Assembly: GCF_009914755.1 (NCBI RefSeq)
Contig: NC_060928.1
Reading direction: 5' to 3' (one strand)
Length of the DNA stretch: 64,000 nt
DNA from: the human T2T-CHM13v2.0 reference genome, Homo sapiens
Shown here: piece after piece, positions 45,495 through 59,362 of the stretch
Layout: every line of letters starts with the position of its first letter
Numbering within the stretch: the first letter of the stretch is position 1
Notes under the pieces: generated by a model
What the model saw: the letters and a program-made list of their open reading frames with translations, nothing else
Databases searched by the model: none
Told to the model about the DNA's origin: nothing
Program-made: the position numbers and the translations under genes

Positions 45495-46511
45495 TTACAT
45501 TTTGGCATGATTTTGCAGCGGGTGGTACCGGTTGTTCCTTTCCATGTTTAGTGCTTCCTTCAGGAGCTCTTTTAGGGCAGGCCTGGTGGTGACAAAATCT
45601 CTCAGCATTTGCTTGTCTATAAAGTATTTTATTTCTCCTTCACTTATGAAGCTTAGTTTGGCCGGATTTGAAATTCTGGGTTGAAAATTCTTTTCTTTAA
45701 GAATGTTGAATATTGGCCCCCACTCTCTTCTGGCTTGTAGGGTTTCTGCCGAGAGATCCGCTGTTAGTCTGATGGGCTTTCCTTTGAGGGTAACCCGACC
45801 TTTCTCTCTGGCTGCCCTTAACATTTTTTCCTTCATTTCAACTTTGGTGAATCTGACAATTATGTGTCTTGGAGTTGCTCTTCTCGAGGAGTATCTTTGT
45901 GGCGTTCTCTGTATTTCCTGAATCTGAACGTTGGCCTGCCTTGCTATATTGGGGAAGTTCTCCTGGATAATATCCTGCAGAGTGTTTTCCAACTTGGTTC
46001 CATTCTCCCCATCACTTTCAGGTACACCAATCAGACGTAGATTTGGTCTTTTCACATAGTCCCATATTTCTTGGAGGCTTTGCTCATTTCTTTTTATTCT
46101 TTTTTCTCTAAACTTCCCTTCTCGCTTCATTTCATTCATTTCATCTTCCATTGCTGATACCCTTTCTTCCAGTTGATCGCATCGGCTCCTGAGGCTTCTG
46201 CATTCTTCACGTAGTTCTCGAGCCTTGGTTTTCAGCTCCATCAGCTCCTTTAAGCACTTCTCTGTATTGGTTATTCTAGTTATACATTCTTCTAAATTTT
46301 TTTCAAAGTTTTCAACTTCTTTGCCTTTGGTTTGAATGTCCTCCCGTAGCTCAGAGTAATTTGATCGTCTGAAGGCTTCTTCTCTCAGCTCGTCAAAATC
46401 ATTCTCCATCCAGCTTTGTTCTGTTGCTGGTGAGGAACTGCGTTCCTTTGGAGGAGGAGAGGCGCTCTGCGTTTTAGAGTTTCCAGTTTTTCTGTTCTGT
46501 TTTTTCCCCAT
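45495..46511 (-). CDS. ORF1: L1 ORF1p, 338 aa RNA-binding protein/nucleic acid chaperone
   Basis: Open full-length frame MGKKQNRK...NHAKM; REKG and ARR motifs intact; YPAKLS reads NPAKLS. Confidence 0.95.
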   Translation of the reverse strand: MGKKQNRKTGNSKTQSASPPPKERSSSPATEQSWMENDFDELREEAFRRSNYSELREDIQTKGKEVENFEKNLEECITRITNTEKCLKELMELKTKARELREECRSLRSRCDQLEERVSAMEDEMNEMKREGKFREKRIKRNEQSLQEIWDYVKRPNLRLIGVPESDGENGTKLENTLQDIIQENFPNIARQANVQIQEIQRTPQRYSSRRATPRHIIVRFTKVEMKEKMLRAAREKGRVTLKGKPIRLTADLSAETLQARREWGPIFNILKEKNFQPRISNPAKLSFISEGEIKYFIDKQMLRDFVTTRPALKELLKEALNMERNNRYHPLQNHAKM

Positions 46512-47758
<1,247 letters not shown>

Positions 47759-48090
47759 TGAGAGAGAGTCTCATTTTCTACGTTCAAAGGCAGGAATAAC
47801 AGGAACTTCAGAGTTATTGAACATAAAAGACTCAGGAGAAGAGGAAAATGCACCAGAAAGTAATTCTGTTCTGTTGTTATTTATACTCCTTAAACAATAA
47901 AAGGACAAAGTTTGCCAAAGAGCAACAGGAAAATCCTGTTAAAACATACACTTCAAAAAATCTCCAAGAGCTTTCTGAAAATAACACACAATCCAGAGGC
48001 TATTTAGAAAGAAGCAAAATGGACAAATAATATAAAAGTGCGAAATAACCCCCAATTTCATATAGATTATAATCTAAAAAGCCATTTTAA

Positions 48091-48258
48091 TTTTTTTTTA
48101 TTTTTGTTTTTAGAGACAGGGTCTCACAGTTTCACCCAAGCTGGAGTGCAGTGGCATAATCATAGCTCACTGTAGCCTCCAACTCCTGGGCTCAAGGGAC
48201 CCTCCTGCGTCAGCCTCCTGAGTAGGTAAGACTACGTGCACATGCCACCATGCCCAGC
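48091..48258 (-). mobile_element. Alu right monomer (FRAM/AluJ-like)
   Basis: ATCATAGCTCACTGTAGCCTC; TSD-like AAAAG(C/T)CATTTT. Confidence 0.85.
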
Positions 48259-48384
48259 AAAAGTCATTTTTAAACTGGTCTTTTCAAACTTGGAAAGTCA
48301 AATCTAAAGAAACAAGGTCATAATCAGCAGTAAAATTTACAAGAAGCACCACAAATGTCTTTACTTTTTAAAAGAAACTTTTTA

Positions 48385-48920
48385 AAAAAATTCAACTTTG
48401 AGGTATAATTTACATAAAATAAAATATATTCATTTTGCATTACCATTAAGTGTGTTTTGACAAATGCATCCAACCATGTAACCATCCCCACAATCAAAAT
48501 ATACAGCATTCCCACCACCCCAAAAAGTTCCCTTGTTAGTACCCCCATGTCAAACTCCAGAAAACCACTGATTTGCTTTCTGTACCTACAGACTAGTTTT
48601 GCCTGTTCCAGAACTTCATATGAATGAACATTGTATGTGGTCTTCTGAGTTTTATTCCTTTGACTGCACAATTTTTCTGGAATTCATGCATGCTGTTCTA
48701 TGTATCTGTAAATTTGTTCCCTTTTGTTGCTGAGTAGTATTCCATTTTATGGATATACCACAATTTGTTTAACCATTCACTAGGTGATGGATTCTTGGGT
48801 TGTTTCCAGTTTTTGGCCACTGTGAATAATGTTGCTATGAACATTCACATACAAGTCTTTTTTGTGGACATGTTTTAACTTATCTTGGGTAACTACTAAA
48901 TGGTTTTCCAAAATAATCAC
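48385..48920 (-). mobile_element. Old L1 3' end (L1ME/L1MB-like)
   Basis: TTGAGGTATAATTTACATA...GCTGAGTAGTATTCCATT...TTGGGTTGTTTCCAGTTTTTGGC. Confidence 0.85.
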
Positions 48921-48924
48921 ACTA

Positions 48925-51274
48925 CAGATATATCTTGGAGATATGCAGGTTCCATTCTAGACCACAGTACTAAGGCAAATATTGCAATAAAGCGAGTCAC
49001 ACAATTTTTTTCTCAGTACACATAAAAGTTATATTTATACTATACTGCATCTAGTAAGTGTGCAATGCCATCATGTCTAAAAAATGTACATACCTTAATT
49101 TAAAAATACTTTATAGCCAAAAATGCTGAAAATCATTTAAGCCTTTAGCACATCGTAATCTTTTTGCTGGTGGGGGGCCTTGCCTCAATGTTGATGGCTG
49201 CTGACTGATGACGGTGGTGGCGCTGAAGGTTGGGGTGGCTGTGGCAATTTCTTAAAATAAGACAACAATGAAGTTTGCAGCATTGATTGACTCTTCCTTT
49301 CACAAAAGATTTCTCTGTAACATGTTATGCTGTCAGATGGCATTTTACTCACAGTAGAACGTCTTTTGAAACTGGAGTCAATCTTCTCAAACCCTGTTTT
49401 ATCAACTAAGTTTATGGAATATTCTAAATCCTTTGCTGTCGTTTCAACAATGTTCACAGCATCTTCACCAGGAGTAGACTTCATCTCAGGAAACCACTTT
49501 CTTTGTTCCTCCATAAGATGCAACTCCTCATCCATTCAAGTTTTATCATGAGATTGTGGCAATCAGGCCCATCTTCAGGTTCCACTTCTAATTCTAGTTC
49601 TCTTGCTATCTGTATCACATCTGCTGTACCACATCCACTAAAGTCTTGGATCCCTCAAAGACATCCATGAGGGTTGGAATCAACTTCTCCCCAACACCAG
49701 TTAATATTTATATTTGTACCTCCTCCCATGGATCATGAAGGACCTTAATGGCATCTAGAATGATGACTTCTTTCCTGGTTTTCAATTTCCTTTGCCCATA
49801 TCAATCAGAGGAATCACTATATAGTCTATGGCAGCATTAGAAAATGTATTTCTTAAATAATAAGACTTGAAAGTCAAATTCCTCCTTGATTCATGGACTA
49901 CAGAATGGATGTTTTGTTAGCAAGCATGAAAGCAAATTAATCTCCTTGTACTATAAGAGCTCTTGGGTAACCAGGTACATTATCACACTGGAACAGTAAT
50001 ATTTTGGAAAGGATCTTTTTTATAAGCAATAAGTCTCAACAGTGGCCTTAAAATATTCAGTAAACCAGGCTATAAACAGATGTGCTGTCATCTGGGCTTT
50101 GTTGTTCCATTTATAGAGTCAGCATCATTCTTAAAGGCCCTAGGATTTTCAGAATGGCAAATGATCATTGGCTTCAACTTAAAGACACCAGCTGCATTAG
50201 CCCCTAACAAGGGAGTCAGCCTGTCATTTGAAGCCAGGCACTGACTTCTCCTCTCTAGCTATGAAAGTCTTGGATGGCATCTTCTTCCAATAGCAGGCTG
50301 TTTCATCTACATCAGAAATTTGTTGTTTAGTGTAGCCACCTTCATCAATTATCTTAGCTAGATCTTCTGGATAACTTGCTGAAGCTTCTACATGAGCACG
50401 TGCTGCTTCACCTTGCGCTTTTATGTTATGAAGATGGCTGCTTTCCTTAAACCTCATGAACCAACTTTGGCTAGACTCCGGCTTTTCTTCTGTAGTTTTT
50501 TTCTCCTCTCTCAACCTTCACAGAATTGAAGACAGTTAGAGCCTTGCTCTGGATTAGGCTCTTGTTTAAGGAGTGTTGTGGCTGGTTTGATCTTCTATTT
50601 AAAACTTTCTCCATATCAGCAATAAGACTGTTTTGCTTTCTTATCATTCATGGGTTCACTGGAATAGCACTTTCAATTTCCTTCAATAACTTTTCCTTTG
50701 TATTCACAACTTGGCTAATGGTTTGGCCCAAGTTTTTTGGTCTATCTCAGTTCTCACCATGCCTTCCTCACTAAGCTTAATCATTTGTAGCTTTTGATTT
50801 AAAGTGAGAGACATGTGACTCTTCCTTTCACTTAAACACTGAGAAACCATTACTCATCAGCCTAATTTCAATATTGTTGTGTCTCAGGGAATACGGAGGC
50901 CTGAGGAGGAGAGACAAGAATGGCCAGTCGGTGGAGCAGTGAGAACACACACATTTATTAAGTTTGCCTTCTTACATGGGCGTGGTTCATGTCACACCAA
51001 AACAATTACAATAGTAACATCAAAGATCACTGATCACAGATCACCATAACAGATATAGTAACAATGAAAAAGTATGGAATGTCGTGAGAATTACCAAAAT
51101 GTGACACAGAGACATGAAGTGAGCACATGCGATTGGAAAAATGGCACTGATACTCTTGCTCCATGAAGGGTTGCCACAAACCTTCCATTTGTTAGGAAGC
51201 AAAAACCCAAAAACCAAAAACATAATATATGTGAAGAGCAATAAAGTGAAGCACAATAAAACAAAGCATTCCTG
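48925..51274 (-). mobile_element. Near-full-length Tigger1 (TcMar-Tigger DNA transposon) with decayed transposase
   Basis: Both ends present (TA-CAGATATATCTTGG... and ...AAAGCATTCCTG-TG). ORF pieces 50224-50514 ([40 protein letters not shown]) and 49185-49535 are pogo-type transposase remnants. Confidence 0.93.
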
Positions 51275-53709
51275 TGATTAATGGTAAAAATTAAAGGTTG
51301 ACCCACAAATGTCTTTTTAATCTGCAGCATGTCTGATACGATCACTATTGGTCTGATAAGGAGGAAGCCTGTGGTATAAGAAGGTTATTGAGAATTTCCT
51401 CTCCTTTTTTGGCAAAACCAGAAACACTTTACTCATTTCAAAATTTCTTTTTGACAAAGCCTCACTTACCTCTCTTCCACTCCCTCTTCTCCACAGATGC
51501 CTAGGTACTCACAGCTCTCATATCAACCCTACTCTAAATCCCTGAGGAAGCTACAGAACCTGGCCTACCCTCATTTGAAGTGTTCTGTTTCCAAAACTAC
51601 ATTTTTCTCCTTTCCCTCTCTTCTTCCCCTACAATCAACGCTTTTGCCCTGCGACAGAATTGCTCATGCAGAAGATTAGGAAAGCAAGCTGATTAAATAG
51701 ACATTTATGCAAGGGACTGGTAACCCCTTTAAATGAAGATGCTCAAACACGGGTGCAAGAGATGGCTGTCTCCATAATTCTACAATGCTGCTCTTCTTCC
51801 AAACAGGCTCCTAACACATATGACATACAGCAATGCAATAAAGTGAAGTGAAATAATACCAGGTATAATAGCAATGAAAAAGTTTGGAATATGGCGAGAA
51901 GGTGGCTGTATGCTGTAAAGTGGGGAAAATTTTACTTTACCACTGTAGTGTGGGAAGTTTACTGTATTTACAGTCTAGACCTACCTAGCCAAATTCTCTG
52001 TCCCTCAATGTTATGCCTGCTTTTCACAGCTTCTTTCCTTCTTCTATACCTTTGAACTCAAAAATTCTCAAAAGTCTCAGGTTCTTTTCATTAGAACCCA
52101 TAGTAACAGTGGTGGCAAGGAGATGTCATTTGTAGACTGCATATCGCCATCTGTACTACAGTAAGCTCTCTAATCATTTTACCTACTAGTTCCTTTAGAC
52201 TCCCCCCTACCAGGCACTTTGCTTTACAGCTTTGTCAATCCTAGGAACAAATACAGACATCCTTTGCTGAGGAACATCTCCCCACCATATCACTGATATC
52301 ACACATGTTCATGATGTTGCTAAAGGACATTTACCCTGGGCCTTTTATAAAAGATCAGATTTCTCAAGTATAAAAGCAATTTTGCTATCAAAACAAATCT
52401 GTTGTCAATACATTTTGAGGCTAATACCATGATTAGTTGGCCAGCTCAAACTAGCGCATGGAAGAAAAACAAAATCAGTGCCTTGGATACACCAATGCCA
52501 CTGTGGTGTTTGTCTTCTGCTATCTCAATTCATGGGAATAAAGTTACCCAGAGAGCTTACCTATCAGGCAGGAACTGGACAGAACAGTTGTGGCCTATGC
52601 AACCATCTCAGAGTGTTAGTGGAACACACACACTCAAGTGGATCAGAACTGTCTCAAACAATATAAATTTAATGTGGTGGTTGATCTTGCTGTGGGTTAC
52701 AGATGCTCATCTCCTTCACAATGGAAAATAAAATTGGTGCCCACTTCAGCTCCTCAGCATTTCTTATCTTACTCTCTGGCTACTTACTCTGAAGGCTGAA
52801 ACCAGCTCCAGTCATCAGAGAACAGAAAAGCCACAAAACCCCTCTAATCACTTCCGAGTTATGCAGACTCTAAGACAGCCCGATCCTAATGGACACTTGA
52901 GAAACAACTACTTTCTTGAATTTCTGGAATTACTTTGGTCATTTTGAACGACCGCTCTATTGGACTGCCATTTCCTTTTCCCTGTTTGATGCTTACTGAA
53001 CCTCTGGAGTGTATGAAAACAGGCTGAACTAGCATGAAAAAAAAAAGAGAGTATCAGTCATTTCAATCACGCAGCACTGCACTGAGGTCTTGGCACTCTG
53101 TGATCTCGTAGTACTGCAGCACCCAGTAAACTCATTATCATCACTCCGGGAAATGAAGCCAAAACTCAGTTCATGTAACTTTCCCCATCACCAATCACCC
53201 AGGCTTCAAATATGTTCTATTCTTTACACCAAACCCCTAAAAAAGGGGTGGTTATTTTAGTCAATTCCCGGGCTTTGTGAAGACTTCTTTCCACAGAAAT
53301 GAATGCTTTGTAATGCTAAGCAGATTCTTACACTGAAAACTGTTCTAACATCTCGTCATCAAAATGACAGAGCCACTGCATCCTTGACACGGTGCTGTTC
53401 TGGAACTGAATTGGTGAGATGAATCAGCAATGAACTGTCTTATAAAACAGCTAACATGACATGATATGTATTAATGGGAACAAGGCACGCAAAGACTATG
53501 AAGTAATGTCTTTACCATTATCTAGGCAGTAGTGGGATTTATACTTGAATACTATATTTAGTCTGAGGTTTCCATTTTTAAGATGTACGAACAAACTAGA
53601 ATAAGCCCAGGGGGCTTACATTTAGAGAAATATCTGTTCCTAAGTGTGGAAGAAAATTTTACAACTACAACTACCTTCATACCCAAAAAGAGGGAGAGAG
53701 AAAAGAGAA

Positions 53710-53900
53710 TATTTACTGAGCACATACTACAGTCTCAGTACTCCTTATGTGACTATTTAATCTCTAATACAACCCTAAAGAGCAGGTCTCATGCCATTTG
53801 TCAGATGTGAAAACCAAGGCTTGGAGATGTTATGCAGCTTGCTCAGGGACACTCAGCTGAGATTCCTCAACCCTTTTCTCCCACTCAGACTTCACTCTTA
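53710..53900 (-). mobile_element. MIR fragment
   Basis: CCATTTGTCAGATGTGAAAACCAAGGCTTGGAGATGTTA...CTTGCTCAGGG. Confidence 0.6.
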
Positions 53901-56661
53901 CAACATCCAACTGCTACCAGGCACTGTGACTCAGTAGATCCCAAACTGAATTCACTCGCTCTACATTTTAAATTATATAATAAATTAAATACAAAATAAA
54001 TATTTCAGTATTTCCATGAAAGAAGTCAGTTTGTGAAGGTTTAAAAAACAATAATGGTAAGTTATTGCTTATGTGTTATCTCTTTTCTCTTTTTTGTTGT
54101 TGTTGTTGTTGAAACAAAGAACTATTTTCAGAAAGTCTGGTGACCTACTGACATCATCAAAAACCGCAAGGTTTGAAAGAGTCAAACATTTTAATATAAA
54201 CTTGAAGCAGTAACTGGATTATCAGCATATCAGAAAAAATGTGCCAATTATCAACCAACAACTTGGCTAAGGTTCAATTGTGGGGGCACTAATCAGTTCA
54301 CTGAGCATAATATCGCATCACCCTTCCAAAGTTGGTGCCAGAACTGTTTGGTGGACAAAGTAACCAACACACGACCGGTCAGCTGAGAAGAGCAGAGACA
54401 TACCTCTGCCCTGCCCTACCTCCTAATTCAGCAGTCACTACTCACTGTGACCTCCTGCATGAATCACTTGAGTCTCTGACCCAAAGAATGTCCAAAAGAT
54501 GACAAGCATACAATTTTTAAGAAAAATACTCCATAGTATACTGAAGTTCACTTATAAGACTAATTTAAAATACCCAGTTTATACAGCCTTTTAAATGGCT
54601 TAGCCACAAACTGTCAATCCCTCGGAATACTTCATCCCTGTGAATAATCACAGGAGGAACTAATTTTTAATGGCTTCTCAACAGTCTAAAAATGGAGGTG
54701 TACATGTGGCTATTTAAAATTCACCCATTTATAGTTAATGTGTTTTTGATACTATATCTTAGCTGCCCATCCAGCATTGGTCAAAAAAATCACGAACCAT
54801 TGTGAAATAAACACCTCCCTGTAGCTCCTCTCTGCTGTGTGGACTTCACGGAGTTGTCCCCACACAACCCTGCCTCTGGAATCCAGCTTGTCCTGGTTAC
54901 CTGAGGTGGGGCTCATGTTGACACCACCATTTGTTTTCTCTGTCTATGGCATCTGTATGCACACGGCACATTTCTCCAAAAGGGACACTGAACACTTGTT
55001 TCTGCACAGCAGTAACAGCTGCTCTGGGCAATCAAGACCATCTAAAATTATGCACATCACAAGAGCCTACATTTTAAATCAGACCACCCTAAACAAACTC
55101 CAATCGAGTGAAAATCTACCTAGCCATTTTCATGTGATGCAGTCACAGAGCAAAAGAAGCTTGATTTTATTTCTGCAGATTACCTTTATCTTTGAAGCCA
55201 TCTTTGCTACATAAGGCAACTCATCAAGTTCAATTGTTGTCTTACCCCATTCTGAAAGGTTTGCCCTTGGATCTGTACTTTTCAAAAGAAAACAGGACAA
55301 ACACAAAACACTCATACCATAAAGACTTCCAAAGCATTCTTAGGTTTGCTTTATGAGCTACTCCAGGAAGGTTACGGAAACATCTTTCCACACTACATGC
55401 TATTTCTGGATAAAACTATAATGGATATACAGGTAGATAATTCTTAAACATAAACTATGTAAGTGTCTAAATATTTGACTTCCCCTCATCCTCCACCCTA
55501 CATCAAACACCATTATTAAGAAAACATACTTTGAAGTATTTATGTATTAGGGTTCTTGGTTATAGTTTTCCAAAACGACAAAAAAGCTATTATTAGCAAC
55601 AGCTTAAGTGAGACAGCTTATGCAATTATTGAACATATATGAAAGGCAATGAGGAATTAAATGCAGAGGTTTTTAAAATTCCTGAATTTTTGTGACTCTT
55701 TTTGAAGAAAAGGAGCAGAAAAGAAAGCTCTGCAGTTTGGTAAAGAAACGTCATTTGGTTCTATAAAGGCTTTACGGTGATTCTCACTCCAACTTTAAAA
55801 ATATGTTTTCATCTTTAGGGGGCATTTATGAGTAGTCACAAAGTAAATTATGTGCAAGAAGGTGAAAGAAAGAGTACTTCCTAAAGAGGCGAGGTGCAGA
55901 CGGATGGCTGCAAAGGGCCTCCTCAGCTCAACTCCCCATAGTGGGGTGGTGTGGCAGGGGGAGGTGGTGAGGCAGTGGGGGGAAGGGAGCAGCCGGGGGA
56001 CCTGCCATCCCAGCAGACATTCTGGTCAGCATCCTCCATTTCCATAGCAAAAAACCATCACTGTGCTTGTTAAGTTGTCATTTCCTGAAGGAAAGCACCT
56101 GTCACCCTCTTCATTTTCCCCGCTCTGGGCAGTTCCACAGAGTGTAATCTTGCACTGCGATTCCCAGCAGCTAAGGTAACTGAGTTTTTAGAAAAACAGG
56201 GGAGAGAGTTCATCAAAGAACCACACATCCGGAGATGGGTATCCCACACAACTAGTTTTGTGGAAGTGGAAAGCAATCACAAGAGAGGCATTTCTGTATG
56301 TTTGGTGAAAGTGTTGAGGAATGCGACATGTGATAAAGTCTTAGACATGAACCCCAGAAAGACTGTCTTACCTAACGAAAGAATTTGCTATCTTTAAGTA
56401 GAAATTCTAACATCCACTGTGTTTCTCTTTTTACTTTGGTTTCCAGGAAGCTCATTATAAATGTAATGCTCAAATAACCTCAGTAGCCTAAGTTATTTGG
56501 CATGATTTCCCCCTTCCTCCATATAGTTTTTGTGATTTATTTGTATTTTATCAGTCCTATTGCCTACATATACATTTTGTTACAACCTTCCTTACATGCT
56601 TTTTGCCTGTATTTAGAGTACACAGTTGGGAAAAAAAAAGAAACAATCTGTGATGCCTTAA

Positions 56662-56966
<305 letters not shown>

Positions 56967-59015
56967 TGAAATTTATATATACTATACCTATTCATAAGAT
57001 GGTATTTTTTCCTGAAGATTTCTCAAAAAATAAGTTTAATGTTAGAACCCTATTCGTTATAGCATAACACGCTAGACATAAGCTGCGGGAGTGTGAACGA
57101 ACAAAGTATCTGTTTGAATTCACAGGATTCTAGACTACATCAGGCAGACATTCCCGTTCCCTATCACAGATAAAGATACTTATGATAGGAATTCTTCACT
57201 TCCTTTTTTTAGTCACTGGGATCCTTTAGGACTCTGATTTTTAAAAGCCATGGAACTTCTTCCCCAGAAAAGGATGTGTACCCTCACACAATGTTTGACA
57301 TATACTTTCCAGGCATTCACAGACCCCTGGCCCCATCTGGGTTCCTTCTTGCTACAGAAATGGCAGGTAAAATAAGTCTCCACTGGAGTCAATCACATGG
57401 AGTCCCTTCTGAGCCCAGCACAGCAAGCTGCATGTTCCTAACCCCCTTATCTCTCCGCAATCAGTCACCACGGAGAGGAACAGTCTTCTGTGACAATCCC
57501 AACCCTGGCAGGTGGCAGCGGAAGAACGAGGCCCAGGTCACCTGACCCCAATGAGGATGCTGATGATTTTCCTCCTCTCCACTGTTCAGAGGCAGCATGC
57601 TTCTCTCCAGGAAAAAGAAAAAAAAAGAAAATCCACAACATGTTGCCACTGTTAGGGGGGAAATAGACTATGTAAACGCAGTGCTGTGTTTTTAACCACT
57701 AAAAACCTCACTGTGTCTTCTTCATCAGTCTCTCTCCTCGACAGTTCTCTCTGACTTGAAGTTGAGGACTTTTCCCACTAAGTCCACAACCTTATACTCG
57801 CCCTCAGAGAGATGTTCGTTTCTTCTTTTCCCCACCACACCCTGTAAACTCTTTTCTGTCGCTCCCACAGGAAACAAAACAAAACAAAACTGTAGTTACT
57901 AACACATGGCACTTATTTCTGCTTACTGAGCAAGGTATCTCTTATCATAAAAACCAAACTTTACCTCTCACTCTCTTGCACGAGACTTACATTTAGAGGG
58001 TTTCAGGTAGCAAGTCAGGATTAGACTAAGAAATCACAGTGGTCTAGAGGGTAGTAACAGGAATGGATGCAAAAAAAATGAAAAGAAAAAAAACCCAACA
58101 GCTACCACCACTAGACCAAGATTTTCAATCCCCACTGTAACATTTAAATTCAACTAAGAAACCTTAAAATATATACACATACTGCTGTCCAAGCCCCATG
58201 CCTGACTATTTAGGTCGGATTTGCTGGGGGTGAGCTCTGGGTGTTGGGAGTTTTTAAAGCTCCTGCGTTACTCTATTGTGCAGCCAGAGTGGGGCGCACC
58301 CAACCCCGACCACTGGCTGGGGGAGAGGGCCAGGGCAGTGCTCGGAATGCTGGAGGTAAAACCAGATGGCATCACTGCTTGTCCCTTTTTGCTGGTCCTC
58401 CTGGGTAGACATGATCACCCAAGTCAGGTGTGTACAGGCAGCCCATTCTCTGAAAAACAGTGGCAACAGCCAGCAGCCCCTGTAACACAGGACACAAGAG
58501 TGGAGCAGTGAAGGAAGCTCCCCACGAGCACTGTCCTGAATACAGTCTCCAGCCTCTCGTGTCCAGGTGCAGGTCTACTCTGAGCAAGCTTTCCTTTGCA
58601 ATGTATTGAAGGACAATGTCTCTGGGTGCTTAATTACTCTCATCAGCACCACCTCTCAGTTCAGGGGTAATGTCCCAAACTCCTCTTCCCTGGGTGGTCA
58701 AGGCATTATCTGTCCCTTACCTAGGGAGGCAAGAAGACCCCACACCCAGAAAGGCAGGTCTGGGAGAGACCAGGGGAGACAGGGCTGAGCCTGACGGACA
58801 GTGAGTTGAAGGATTCTGAGCAGAAGGGGAGGGCAAAGGTAAGTCAGAGGCTGCCTGACTGATTTCTCTGGCTTCATAAGCAGAATGCCTTGCCTCTTTC
58901 AAGCAGGAGGGCTCCTCATTTAACACAAACAGGCTAATATAATTCGCAGAGGCATTAGCCCAGCTGCTGTACAGCAAAGGCCCCGGGCCTAGACAGCCTT
59001 CTCTCCCTCTGAGCT

Positions 59016-59362
59016 CATCTTAGTCCATTCTGTGTCACTATGACAGAATACCACAGACTGGGTAATTTGTAAAGAAATAAACTCATTTCTCACAGTTACG
59101 AAGGCTAGGAAACACAATACCGAGGAGCTGGCATTTGCAAAGGGCCTTCTTGTTGCATCATCCCATAGTGGAATGCAAAAGATGAGGGGCAGCAAGAGAT
59201 CGAACTCAGCCTCAAGCCCTTTTATAATCAGCACTAATCCCCTCATGAGGGGGAGCCCTGATGACCTAAACACCTCCCATTAGGCTCCACCTCCCATCAC
59301 GGTTACACTGGGGACTAAGTTTCCAATATATGCTCTTTGGGGGACACATTCAAACCATAGTA
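59016..59362 (-). mobile_element. Solo MaLR LTR (MST-family, MSTD-like)
   Basis: TCTTAGTCCATT...GAATACCACAGACTGGGTAATTT...ACACATTCAAACCATAG; 5-bp TSD GAGCT on both sides. Confidence 0.85.
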
